A DNA stretch of 63,783 nt, counting the filler, from Basidiobolus ranarum (Eukaryota): assembly GCA_040143965.1 (NCBI GenBank). It is 3 parts of 3 records of this genome, joined end to end, with 100 filler letters (N's around TTAATTAATTAA, not from the genome) between each part and the next. Parts side by side here need not be neighbours in the genome. Positions count along the whole stretch, not along the records: positions 21,327 to 42,513 come from JASJQH010000211.1; positions 42,614 to 63,783 come from JASJQH010000212.1; 1 more part is not named here. One strand, written 5' to 3'. Under the pieces are notes generated by a model that saw only the letters and a list, made by a program, of their open reading frames with translations, was not told the DNA's origin and ran no database searches. The position numbers were made by a program, and so were the translations under genes. Below, piece by piece: positions 40,539 through 53,474 of this stretch. Position 1 is the first letter of the stretch. Every line of letters starts with the position of its first letter.

Positions 40539-42467
40539 CTCCCAGTCACATATATATATGGGGAATAATAACTCGAATAGTGGGGCTAATTCTACACCAT
40601 CACTATATACCAAAATCAGCTGGGCTTTGCTTGACTTCATTTTCCACTTTTAAGCTCTGATAAAAACGTGCCCAAAACGAATGGCATGTCTGATTTTGTT
40701 TAGTTGAGATCCTTGATAAAATACTTTTGAGTATGGCTAAACCTTACCCATAAGAGCCTCAGAATCAATCAATTCTACGACATTGGCACATATCTTCACG
40801 AAGTAGCTTTCTATTTTACACTTATTATATAGTTCTCATATACTGAACTAGTGATATGAGAATTGCAAGATTTCTTCTCTAGCTAAGCAATCCGTTCATT
40901 TTGAAAGAGTAGTGAATTACTAGCAGTTGAATGGAAATAGACTTCAGCGGCATTAAGTACGAGCAAACTTCGATTGATAAGCATCATGTTCGTCTGCAAC
41001 TACAGCAGGATAGTCTAAGCGTTTATGTAAACTACTTTTCCTTTTTTTTCCTTGTTTAGTTTAGTAAGTAGTGATAACTTCATCAGGGTTTTAAAATAAG
41101 TTATCAAATTGTTTCATCACTGCCATTCAACTACCATAAATGTTTTTAGGCAGGATTTGACTGTTGAGGACTGTGAAACGGTTTGTGAAGTATTATGGAC
41201 AAGATATTCGGCAAGAGAATTCCAGATTTGCCATTATTACTGGTGGAGTTTCACGACAAGATGATAATCCCGGACCAACTTACAAAAAAGGAAAATGAGT
41301 TCTGAAAAATCCAGATGACGAATAGAATTCTGATGTGCAATCAAGTTTACATTAACCATATGAGTATCAGGGCATCCCGATATATATACTTCACAAGGCT
41401 TCGATTAAAGGATTGACTGCTTTCTTACTAGTACGTGCTAATGATGATTGTTCCGAGTTGAGGCCTTGAACAAGAGCCATGGCTATTAAGATGCATAGTC
41501 GGAACAACAAGAGGGAACTTTGTGTATCATGTTGTTGGTAATGGGAGAAAAGCTAACTAGTAAAACAGCATTTTATACAGATCTGCCGGCCTCCTAATGC
41601 AGAATACCACCATCTAGAATATGCCACAGAAGGATTGATAATGATAGACTGTCGTACGGAATTCGACGTTGATGCCTCATCATACTATACGTTCAGTAGC
41701 AAATATCCCAACGTCTTTTTCTGAATTGGAAATTACATGATACTCTCCACATCTTGAATGACTCTATTGCAAGAGATGTGCCAGAGCTACATGATTCGCT
41801 GGCTAGATTTCGTGGCATGCGTTTTGATAGGAAACTACTGTACAAGCAGTGAATTGGTCAGGCTATATGGGCTGAATAAATAAATCATCCCTTTTACCCT
41901 TCGATCTCACAATAACCTCAGGTTCAGGGAAGAACTCGGTCATTATAAGCGTGATAACATCATATTCAAGCGAGCATACCAACCGTATCTACAGAAAAAG
42001 AAGCCAATGCCTGGGTATCTACCAATTTATACTACTAAACAATTATTCGTAATCTATTTCAGCAATGTATTTTCGTGTATGGCTATGGAATTCAATCTGA
42101 TTGGGCTGGTTAATGTATCTAATTCGAACACTCCCCTCCAGAATGATTAGCAGAATTGAGTGCCCAAGCAAAATCAAGTGTGACTGGGTGAGTGTGTGAG
42201 TGACAGGAAATCCTAGTAACGTGAGGTGAAAATATTTCAACGGAAAGGTGCAGATTCGATTTTTCTTTTTTTTTCTTCTTTTTTTTTAATGAAAACGAAT
42301 TATATACCCATGTTGATATTAATGGCTAAATGAATAGGAAAGGTCAACTGAATCGGAAAAAAAAATCCCTATGTAAAAAGGGAATTTTTTTTCAATTAAA
42401 TATGATGGAATCTTCCCATTAAGTAAAATTATTCGCTTCTTGCTTTCCCTCATCCACTACATCAAAA

Positions 42468-42513
42468 ATGGGTTCCAAAGTTACTGATAAATCCACCAAG
42501 GCCTCAAAGGTTC
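42468..42513 (+). CDS. 5' start of a gene truncated by the assembly gap (Lys/Ser-rich N-terminus)
   Basis: AAAAATG context after a CT-rich leader and GAAAA/TTTT-rich upstream motifs. MGSKVTDKSTKASKV runs into the N-run. Confidence 0.35.
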
Positions 42514-42613
42514 NNNNNNNNNNNNNNNNNNNNNNNNNNNNNNNNNNNNNNNNNNNNTTAATTAATTAANNNNNNNNNNNNNNNNNNNNNNNNNNNNNNN
42601 NNNNNNNNNNNNN
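42514..42613. other. Assembly gap with artificial linker
   Basis: 44 N + TTAATTAATTAA + 44 N. Confidence 0.97.
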
Positions 42614-42723
42614 TAAGTAAATTCCGATTGAGAATAATTGATAATATCTTAGTGAATTATAAGATAACTAAGTACTAAGCTATATATGACTATATAGGTG
42701 TTTAGGCAATGCTAATTTCAACA

Positions 42724-43497
42724 GCTATAAGGCTACAAAGTCTCCTCAAGGAATTACAATATGATCAAGTTAATCCTACCCTAGTGTATCCAGATCATGT
42801 TAGCTGTATTCTGACCACCATGAATCCTGAACATCACTCAAGGATGAAACATATTGATATAAGACTTCATCTTATTCAAGAGAAAGTTTGAGATAAAGAA
42901 ATGAACTTTATTTATTGTAATACTAAAAATGTGCTTGCAGATTTACTAACAAAACCACTGAAAAAATCAAGTCTTGAAAAGTTAAGAGCAGGCATAGAAA
43001 TTAGTGAGCATAAGCATAATGTGGAATAGGAATTAAGGGAAGATATTGGATAATTGATCTTTATTCAACATCTTAGTTAAACTTTAGTTTTGATGCATAT
43101 ATCAGAAATAGAAAGCAAGGTACCTATGACCTCTACTTTCTATTTAGGAGTATCTCTATATCTATATAACCAGTATGTCTTATTTATCCCCACTTATCTA
43201 TTAAATCTTATTACCTAAGTTCCTGAGTATCCCAAGCAATTGATATATTTCTCTGCTATATAAGTCACTATATTCTCTTAAGAATAAAGTAACTAAAACA
43301 CAATCATAAGTTGCCTCTATTATACAAAGTCTACCCCCATTATGTCAAGATCCTCCAACATTGTAGCATCAAGTGAATTAGAGTCTTCTTCCCAAATGGA
43401 GATTACTAATATTCCAATGTTTGATAGAGAAGATTTCCATGAATAGAGATCCAAGAATATATCAAGGTCATCCCCATTGTGTCAAGCTCCTCCAACA
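42724..43497 (+). mobile_element. Degenerate Ty1/copia retrotransposon relic: RNase H end, PPT, LTR (43044-43360), gag start and a second LTR end
   Basis: LQSLLKELQ...NPEHHSRMKHIDIRLHLIQEKV*...YCNTKNVLADLLTKPL is the copia RNase H. PPT TTAAGGGAAGA; LTR bounded by TATTGGA...TCCAACA; LTR 3' end repeated at ~43462-43497. Confidence 0.85.
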
Positions 43498-43948
43498 ATA
43501 TTCCCATCCTGATAATTGATTAAGCTATATTCCAATTTTCAACACATTAAATAAAACATAATAAACCTGGATTAATGATAATTCACTAGTAGCCCAAGTG
43601 CTGCTAGTAATTGCTGTAATCAACTCTTTCCCATGGCAAATATTTATCAGTATTGATCTTTGTTTGTTCAGCATGTATTACCCATAAAGTAACCAATGTC
43701 AAAGATTTATCTTGATTGAAAATAGTTGCTAGGTATTCAACCAAAATATATGGCTATTGATGGTTTGAAAATCACCTGATTAAGGTAAAAACACATGAAT
43801 AAAATGAAAATATCAATCCCCGAAAGTAGGGAAATTTTTTCCTCGAATTTTTTTTTGGGATTGAATTGAATTGAATCATTTGTAAAATTCATATAATATA
43901 GTGATAATTGTTTCAAGAAACTAATAGGATATTTATCCCCAAGTAACT

Positions 43949-46248
43949 ATGAAGACGGTGGAAACCAAAAAGAAAGTTAAACCTCGGACCAAAAAAGAGA
44001 AACATGGTATAGTAGTAAAAAGTGAAGAAGTTCTTCCTGAACTAAACCCCGAAAACTCCCTTAAAAGAAAAGGTTCTGATAACCTTGAAAAAGACTTGGA
44101 AAAGAAGAAAAAAAAGAAAAAAACTCTTCAAGAGGATACACCTTTAGATAAAGAGTCGAAAAAACAAAAGAAATCTAAAGGTAAAGGTAAAGAGAAGAAT
44201 GATAAGGTGATCTCCCCAGAACAATCAAAAGTAAAAAACGAAATCGAGCGTACTCCGAATTTGTCTTTAAGTATTGTACCTGCCACATTACCTTCTCCCT
44301 CAAAAATTTCTTTATCAGACCAGAAGAAAGCAAAAAAGCAGAAAAAAGAAAAGAAGAATAAAAAGGAAAAGAACGAATCCAAGAAAGTAGATAAAGAAGA
44401 ACCTAAGGATAAAGTACAAAAGAGCGAATCCAAGGAGAAAGAAGGAAAGAAGCGGAAGAAGGAAAAGAAAGAGAGAAAGGAGAAGCAGGAAGAAAGTAGT
44501 GAAAACTTCTCTGAGATAAAGTCGAAGTCTAGTAATCTGAAGGAATGTGATATCAAAAATGGACCAAAACCTATTGATAACGCGTCTGTTTCCGTCCTCT
44601 CAACAATTACTCCAGAATCTGCCTCGAATACAATCAATCAAAAGAATGTCAAAGAAGACCTTATACTATCCAATAAGCTAAAGAGTGAAGCATCAAACAG
44701 CATGGCAGCTATCGTAAAAGCATCTCCTACTACGACTGATTTGGGCACTCAACATAAACGGAGAGTGTCTACGCGCTCTGTGTCCAAAGCCAAAGAAGCA
44801 ACTCCAATTTCAATACCAACCACAGCAAGTGTTCCAAAGAAAGCAACCCCAATTTCAATACCAACTACACCGGGTGTACCAAAGAAAGCAACTCCAATTT
44901 CAATACCAACTACAGCGAGTGTACTAAAGAAAACAAGCACTATTTCCAATCCCACTACACTTGGAGCACCGAAGAAGCCTACACCAGTCAAAGCACGAAA
45001 GAAAGCAGCACCGCGTGCTAAGCGAAGCAGTAAATACCCGCTCACTCCCGAAGTGATTCCAGATGATTCCGATGAAGAGTTTAGTAAGAGACTTCCTGAA
45101 GTGTGTGGTGGCAGTGTATTTATGGATGAGACTGAAGAGGAAAAGGCTCAGCGAATCCGCTCATACTCCGATTTTCAACGTACACGCGACGAGGTTATTG
45201 GGCATCCAGGGTTGATAGAATATAATTCTGACGGCATCAGCAAAGTTCAGCAGAAGTTTTTCACCCCGAAAGAAATCAAAAGTCTGGAGGACACTGGGTA
45301 CGCCATAAGAAAAGGGAAATTCAGTAAGGACGAGGATGTCATCATCACCAAGGCAGTCGAGAAATATTTAGAGGTATGTAACGCATGGTTGATTTGAATT
45401 TGGTGTTTGAAATTGACAAGTGAATTGGCGGTTAGGAACGCGGCAAAGGAGTTGAGCTGATTCAATACATCTTGTTCAAAAAGTATAAAGATAAAGACAA
45501 ATCCGGTGGAGAGGAAACCGATAAAGTCATCACACTGTGCCAAGAGGTCGGCAAAGTGGTCCCCACTCGGACTCTGAATGCAATCTATTTGCGTCTGCGT
45601 CGTAGATATCACCCAGACAACTACGGTGGACGATTTACGAAGGAGCAAGAGATGCTGCTCCATCAATTGACTCTTATACACGGTAAAGATTGGAAAACAA
45701 TAGGTCCTTTGCTTGGACGGGAGCCTAGTAGCTGTCGTGATCGTTGGCGTTTCCGGAAACTCCAAGAGTATCGGACAGGTCCATGGACTGAAGAGGAAGA
45801 AGAAAAACTCAAAAAAATTGTATACAGTTTGACCATCGATAAAGGACGCTCTGCAGAGCGTGACATCTCCTGGGAAGTAGTTGCTGAGAAGATGGTCACT
45901 CGCGATGCATCCCGATGCAGGTCCTACTGGTACTCTGAGCTCTGTATGAAGCTTAAAGAAGCGCCCAGTGAAAAGGAAGGCCTGGCCAATACACGAGAGT
46001 TCTTAAAACGAATATATGAATCCAATGTTAAGCACGACTCTCATATTCAATGGAGAGAACTTATTGATGATAAATGGAGTCCCTGGACCCCACCCTTTAT
46101 GCAGAAGACCTGGTATCAATTAAAGTCCCTAATCACTGACGCTGAAGACATGAGCTTTGAGCAAGTACTTCAGTTCTTGATGCGTCAAAATGACAAGTAT
46201 TTCGAGCACCTATCGCTAGAAGAGCCCCCTCTCAAAGGCTCCGATTAA
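43949..46248 (+). CDS. Myb/SANT-domain DNA-binding protein, Reb1/Nsi1/TTF1-like, 2 exons (intron 45374-45435)
   Basis: Lys-rich N-terminus; IRKGKFSKDED, GRFTKEQEMLL..HGKDWKTIGPLLGREPSSCRDRWR, TGPWTEEEEEKL, ISWEVVAEKMVTRDASRCRSYW. Confidence 0.88.
44792..44971 (+). repeat. Coding tandem repeat, 4 x 45 bp (KKATPISIPTTxxVP)
   Basis: Units start at 44792, 44837, 44882 and 44927. Confidence 0.9.
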
Positions 46249-46441
46249 CGATGGAAGAGACTGGCCGCACTGGCTCTAATAATGACATTTATGTACACAC
46301 CCACACCCACACAACATTTCCCTTAATCAAAGCTTAGACTGTTTAGATTCAATAAAGCCCCTTCTTATGTTATATATTAGGGTTCGGGATAAGTTAGTTT
46401 GCGGTTTATTCAGAATATTAATGCATAGTTAGGGTTGGTAC

Positions 46442-47133
46442 TCATAGCAGTGCAACTGGTATGGTGATGGAGAAGTGAGCGGGACAGTAATACTCTCCAT
46501 CTACTACAGCATACGTTTTAGTATCAGCAGCCACCATTCGACAGCAGATGGAGCATCTCAGTGGATGTGTCGCGGCTTTGGCATCAATGCTAGATCCGTG
46601 TGAATTAAGTGAACGAAACACACATTGGGGTTTAGGGAGATCGGTGTACTTGGTAGGTTGTATTTGAGATGTTCTGATGAAGATTTCCTCCTCTTGTTTC
46701 AAACCACAAATCAGCGGACTGGCTGATGGCGTATCAACCGAGCTCAGACTGAGACCACTATCCTGGGAAGTTTGTGAGGAACGACGAAAGCGTCGGGGAG
46801 TGTGCCCATTGTCGAACTGTCAAATTAAATAATCAGATTAATTAGAATTGAGATAGTATTCATAATTTAATTAGTCAGGGTGGGTTACGAAATATGATGT
46901 TGGGATGTTACCTTGGCAATGAGGGAAAGTATGTTAACGTTGGAGACACGGCGCTTTTGCTCCGGTGTCGTCGTACGGCGAGTGTGTTTCGGGAGGCCAG
47001 CCTCATGGTAACGACGGATTTCGGAGGTAATGCGTTTAGCTGATGGTTGCTCACACTCGCGTAAGCATGCGTGGCGTTTACGAGATTGGCTGTTGCTAGA
47101 ATAAGATAATCTAGGACTAGGCGAATCCCTCAT
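46442..47133 (-). CDS. Small basic protein with C-terminal CxxC...CxxH (half-LIM-like) Zn-binding motif, 2 exons (46912-47133, 46442-46816)
   Basis: A phase-0 GT-AG intron joins the two ORF-track fragments (...LIAK|FDNGHTPRR...). C-terminus CSICCRMVAADTKTYAVVDGEYYCPAHF. Confidence 0.65.
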
Positions 47134-49022
47134 GGTAAAGATTTGACAAAATAAAAGGCAGCAAGAATGAGAATCTATGAGTGCAGTGTGGTGGTATTTA
47201 AAGTAGCTTGGGTTGTGAAACTATGGATGGGTGATCGGCACCTACCAAGAAGTGTACATCAATGTGACATCCGTTTGATCCCTTGCAACTCCCCTAGAGA
47301 TCAACGTTCACCTATAGTGTGATCCGCGCCCCCTGTTATATTGTTGACTATGATTAGGTGAATGATGATCACTCTTTCTACTAGCGCAGCTTGGGATGAT
47401 GACTACCAATAGACCATCACCATGGGCTATATGTCACCTCTTTGTGTCATCTAAAACACCTTTCGCCACCGTTGCCAACCCAAACATACCAACTCTTGTT
47501 TCTCAATGCCGCACTCGGAAGCTGGATTTCGTAACATTCACATGAAGTTTGACACGAGAATTATATCCGATAACTTGTTTCAATTCATCTCGGTCAATCA
47601 ACCTCGATTAATCGATCGATTCAACTCACTATATCAAGTAGTACTTGGAGATTCACCGAATAATACATACGTTCCGATAGATTTGAAAGAGACATGTAGA
47701 CACCTCGTATTGAATCAATGATCATCCATGGTTTTGTGTTTATTTATTCTCTCTCTACCACCAAAAAATCTCATAGTACAAGTAGTATTTTGTATTAAGC
47801 ATCTAACGATGAGAAAAGTGTCAATAGGAGCATTTACACAAGTCGGCACTATCATGTATATTAAGTGACATCTAATCTTTTGCTATCAAAAGTACATCAA
47901 ACTGAGCGGCCAAGAAAAGGTATAGTATACATTTGGTATTCATTTTCTTTCACGGCGAATTCCCATCACCACCTTTTCCTTACGACGTTTCTTTTTTTCT
48001 GGTCCTGGGCTATCGGTTACCTCTGTCATTCTTTGAGCTAATTCCGTGTCATCGATATTCGTTTTCTTTTCTACCGCTAATTCACGATCTTGTCGTTGTT
48101 TCTTTTCGCTATTGACGGCGGTTTTCTACACGAGGATAGCAGATTAGGGATAATCCTGGTTTACGATATGCACAATTAACTTACCTCAATGTCTTCGTTG
48201 AAAGACTGATAGGACTTACGACCGACCAGACCAGTCATATTGAAACTCAGATAGCTGGGTTCATATTCTACTTGAAGTTTTCTTTGAAAAAAGTTTGGTT
48301 TGAAAGAGTCTTTCTTTCAAGGAGATATCAAAAAAACTTACGGCTTTTCTATTAAACTATCTTGGTATTCCACTTGCCACTGTGATTGGGCAAGGGCTTT
48401 TTGTTCAGCTTCTTCTAACCGGTCACGAAGATCGCGTTCTTCTTGTCTTTGCATAAACTAATATATTGAGTAATAATTTGGAATTTATTAAGAAAATTTG
48501 CTAAAAAAATATCGAACTAGTGAAACGAACCTTCATGTTTAATAATTTACTAGACAATTCTTTCTTGTGAATCTCTCGTGTGTTCGACATTGTATAAATT
48601 TCTGAACTTAAAATAAGTTTAGCTAACGTTGAGGTTTCGTGTTGACTGCAAGAAAGATTATTTTAAAGAAAATTTCTAGTCATATAAGCAGTTAAGTAGA
48701 AAAAAAATCAGCTTATCGGTGGAATTTTTTAAACCATTTTGAATATCGCAACGCCGATTATTATATAAAGACCCTTTAATAATCAATAACATCTGATAGT
48801 CGCTTAAACTTGGGTTAAATAAATAACACAAACTGTATAGCTTTGCTTAAATACAGAGATCTGTATTAGATACTAGGATTTCTTAATAAATGCTTTTTAG
48901 TTGCTTCCAGTTTCCTAGATAAACAAAACATGAAATTTAAATCATAATTGGTCCGATTAGCTCAACAGTGATTTTTGACAACAAAGCTGTGTATTGAACG
49001 TAGTGAGAGCCTGTGTACAGCA

Positions 49023-52000
49023 ATGGAGAGACGCAAAATACCCGAGACTATAACGCAATTTGTTCAGGCAGCACAATGTTTAGACTTTCATGGTAAGTAC
49101 TAGCCCACATCTTACCTTGTTCTCAAATTTAATTGTTCGTCTGTTAGCGTCTAATGACTATTCAGAGCTCTCGGTGGCCTTACAGGTAATGGTTGTAGTT
49201 AGGTTACTTCTCCATGGGGACAATATCATAAATAATTTCCTTATTTTATCCATAAGAATTTGACCGTTTCTCTTCTAAGCTCGAATACTTTAAATCAACT
49301 TCATTTTCTTGCCAAACTATCAGCAAATCCATATGCTGAACGCAATGCATTGGTGTTATACGAATTCATAGATATATTGATCCAAATCTTCGAAGCAGAA
49401 TATACTCAAAGCAAAGTTGTATCCAACATAATAGTTATTTTAACACAACTCGGTAAGGAACTCGTTACGCTATTCACTTTATCGTTCTCGAAAGACTAAG
49501 GATCAGTATTTAGGAAATATTCCTAGTCTTCGTCAGGTTATACACCAAAGGAAAAAGGGTATTATTGATATTGTATCCGTTCGACTACAATCCACTTCAA
49601 ACGACAAAGAATGGTTTCTTAAGGTAAGATCGCATCTAAATAATTTCTACGATTTTCTTAGCGAGGTAACCTGACGTACATGTTGTAGTATATCAGTTTA
49701 CTCAAGGCTCTTACGTATGAGGTTGAGATACTGTATCCAACACCAGAGTCCATTCGGCTTATCAAGTTCCTTCGAGATGTGATGTACGTACAAGTAACAA
49801 AAACACCCTGTTAATATATATGTCGATACTAATTCATGGTATATAGTAAGAAAGCAACGGATAAGGAGGTTCTCGGAGACACTCTCGCACTCTTTAGTCA
49901 TCTTGTTAGATTTAATGAGTCGATCAAAGACAATATTGTTGCAACACCGCATATGTCGTCTTTCTACAGAACATTAATTCAATCACTAAGCAGTGATGAT
50001 CTTTCAGTGATCGTTTATTCTCTGAATATACTTTCAGACCTCATTATTAACGACAAATTGGGTGAGATGGTAAGAATGGTAGTTTCTATTTATTGTTGCG
50101 ATCCGTGATTTAATTGAAGTATTCTTTGTAGCTGTTCAATCGTAACAACATCTCTCAAACCTTCAAACTGATCTTTAACCTGATAACCAACGGGAAATCA
50201 GTGGAAATTGTACGACCTTCTGTAAACCTTGTTGGCGCAATAACATCCAGCGGAACTATCAAAGAATACTTGGACAAGTATAGCCCATTTACCTTTGATA
50301 TTGTTAGTGGATTCGTGCTAAATGTCCTCTGATTATTACTATAGCTACCAATATTTAGAGGTATGTCTACGCCGAGTAACCGCTTTAATATCTTCTGGAA
50401 GACATCAGCTCGTTTTACCGGTAAGAAGAAGAATTGTTGATTGATCAGCGAGGTTCATTTCGACCAGTTCTAACCAATCTCTATGCTAACCTCATCTGAA
50501 CGACAGGCTCTTGACCTCTTATCCATCGTGGTCCAAAGGAAAATTTCTACCGAGACTGTATTCCGTATTATGCATGATTGTGGAGTGTTTTCTGCTTGCT
50601 TGCAGTGGGTTCAATGTCGAATTCGAGAGATAAAACGAGGCAACTACTTGGAAGATATTGAGTGGCCATATCTAATTGACGATATCTGTACCTTTTTCAG
50701 GGACGTATTGAAGGTAGAGGGTTCATGTTCATCATTTCCATGATAACTATGGAGACTAACACCATGACAGGCTGAGTTCACTAGCCATTCAAAATCAGCC
50801 ATCAAGGATACAAGTCGAGCCGGTGTCAGTATTGATCATGACGATTTGGAGTTGGTGATCACTTCTGTACTTGACTCTATAGCCGATGTGTTCATGGATG
50901 GATACTCATTTTTGGAACACGATCTTTTTGTTTACATTCAAATATCTCCGATGTTCGAGCTAGTCAATTATATCCTTTTTTCTCTTACTCTCTTTAGTCA
51001 GATTTACAACGAATCGTCTCCTATTCTTAACCACATAGCTTCTACATTTAGCTGAGATTAATCTGTTGCAGAGACACTTGGCAGATCGCTTAGATATTCA
51101 AAAGTTACTCCAGACTGTCAGGGTATGTTTGCCAGAGAAGAACACCAATCTTCTAACCCCCAAAGAGGAAACCACCATATTTTTCCTTTGGTTGGTCGTC
51201 AAATATTACGAGTATCAGCAGACCGTCGGAACATCCCACGAAGTTAGTCTATCCACCCAATTTCTTCTTGAGAGTGACTATTACTGAATGTACTTTTTAC
51301 TCTCATAGGGTCGTAATGCAATGGCCAATCTGGTGGATCTAGAGGTAGTCGCGGACCTCATAGCAGTAGTGATATCTTGTTCCACTCAAAATACCATTGT
51401 CAAATGTGCATTCGAGATCCTTGGTGCATTATCATGTCAACAACAGGTGCAACAAAGGTATTCCCGGTAACGAGTATTTCTTGGGATGCATTCAGTGTTA
51501 ATATTTTCTACCAAGGTTGTGCCGTATTAATGAGAATCGCTGTCTAATGACTTCAGCCAATGATTCATCCATGGGTGTACCAAAAGTTACTCCATTTCTA
51601 GGAACGAGGACCTCATTTACGCAAACCCACATCAGCGAAGGTTAGTGACAAGCATATCGTTGATCAAGAGAAATCTCTTTCTTGAGATAGTATTAACTCT
51701 TACATCTTCTACTTAGATGATATCAAAGCACGACTTGAAAGTGAGCTTAATTCAGCGAAAATTGAGATGAGAAAAGAATTATTGGTAATTTCATTTGAAT
51801 TCTTATTGTATGGTACATGTACCAACTGAATCTCTTTAATTTAAACCCAAAGGCTCAAGATGAACATTTTGAGGAAGTTAAACAAGATTATGAAGAGCAA
51901 TTGGAAGCATTTCAGGTATTGATTCCTTTTTATTCGCCTGTATCTCATTGGATTCTCCGCTAACTTTCAACACATATTCAGAGCGAGACAAAGCATCTCA

Positions 52001-53241
52001 GAGAGCTTCTAGAGGCTAGAACCTTGGCACTGAATCAAACCGAATCTTTGATAACCGAACTTCGGGGTACACACACCCGAATTGAACAAGATGTATGTCT
52101 ACTCACTATTCACTGTATAGATCAAGGCAGACAGAAACCGATATTAACATTTGAATATTGATCAGATCACCAGTTACAAAGATAAAGCCCTAGAGTTCGA
52201 GACGAATTACAATAGGTTAAAGTTCGATTTCGATAAGAAAATCGAAGATAACGAACGACTAAGAAGTGAATTGAAGAGTATGAAAGAAGAAGTAAGTATA
52301 TTTATCATTTCAAAGAGTGATCTATCAACTCACTCGAATTCTTGATATTACTAGATAGCTATAGCTTACACCGAAAGAGAGAATCTCCAATGCTCATTAG
52401 TCACTTGTCAAGGTGATTACGAAAATCAAAAACAAGAGTAAGTGGTACAATGATTGCATCGATCTTGATCCCATCCCACTTACATTCTTTCCCTATTCAA
52501 TTTGATGCACCAAGAATGGACCGGGTTCAACAAGAATATTCCACAGTAACATCCAAGATGAAGGAATTAGAAGATAGCCTTCAAACCATGAAAGAGCAAA
52601 ATCGACAACTTGAAGAAGAAAATTCCATGTAAGTGATATAATTATGAAATTCATTTCGATACAATACATCTAATACCTCTACTTTCTATAGTAATATGAG
52701 TAAAATTTTGGAAGATAAATACAAATATGAGTCTTTGACAGATGGTTTGTTCCCCGATATCTCATTATTTTAATTGAAGGTATTTCATTTGTTAATCTCT
52801 TTGATTTCATAAATCATTTAGAAAACATCACACTTCAAAGCAAGTATTCCAAAGAAAGGGAGAGATATGAATCGATAAAACAACAATATGATGTTTACAA
52901 GGATGAACATATGGAACAGAATCTGACTCTCCTAAGAAATCAAAAAGAAATTGAAGACAAGGTGATTCTATGAACTTGATGATATATCTTTTATTGATGT
53001 ACTAATGGATGAAATTCTTTATTAGTACGATTGTGTCTTGGATGAATTGAACCGGCATAAAAATGAACTTGAGAAAGCAAACTCGGTGATTCAGGAATTG
53101 GAAGAAGAACTTGAAAAGCATGAACATATTGCCTCTATGATGATGAACATGTACAATGGTAAACGATCGGATAATGGCGCGAGTATAAGCACCAATTCAA
53201 GTACGAATTCTAGACGAAAATCACGTTTATCAAATGAATGA
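49023..53241 (+). CDS. CIP2A: CIP2A-like protein (N-terminal armadillo repeats, C-terminal coiled coil), many exons
   Basis: ISLLKALTYEVEILY and SFYRTLIQSLSSDDLSVIVYSLNILSDLIINDKLGEMLFNRNNISQTFKLIFNLITNG closely follow the animal CIP2A ARM region as I recall it (SFYRTLITLL..VVVFALSILSSL...GEKLF...NIHQTFQLIFNILING). Long coiled coil ending EELEKHEHIASMM. Confidence 0.82.
50970..51045 (+). other. U12-type AT-AC intron in the CIP2A-like gene
   Basis: 5' site ATATCCTTT, branch site TTCTTAAC at 51024-51031, 3' end TCTAC. Removal joins FELVN-Y-LAEINLLQRHL in frame. Confidence 0.88.
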
Positions 53242-53474
53242 TATAGTTCTTTGATTTCATTCCTATAATTATGATCTCTGTAAATATTAGCGATATTAGC
53301 GATATAATCACTCCATTCCATTTCAAGTGTTATCAAATAAATGAATATTTATTGAATGGAAGGTTCATTTCGAGGATTTATTGATTTGACGTAATTAAAG
53401 AAATATCAAATAGGTGTGCTTTGGGGGAGGGGGGATCGATGCCGATATGAACAAGATATCGTTTAGAATGATGT

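Noticed and set aside
44128-45899. Long antisense ORFs over the Reb1-like gene (and similar ones over PEP4, the aquaporin and the tectonin)
   Set aside because: Shadow frames caused by codon bias and low-complexity sequence on the coding strand.
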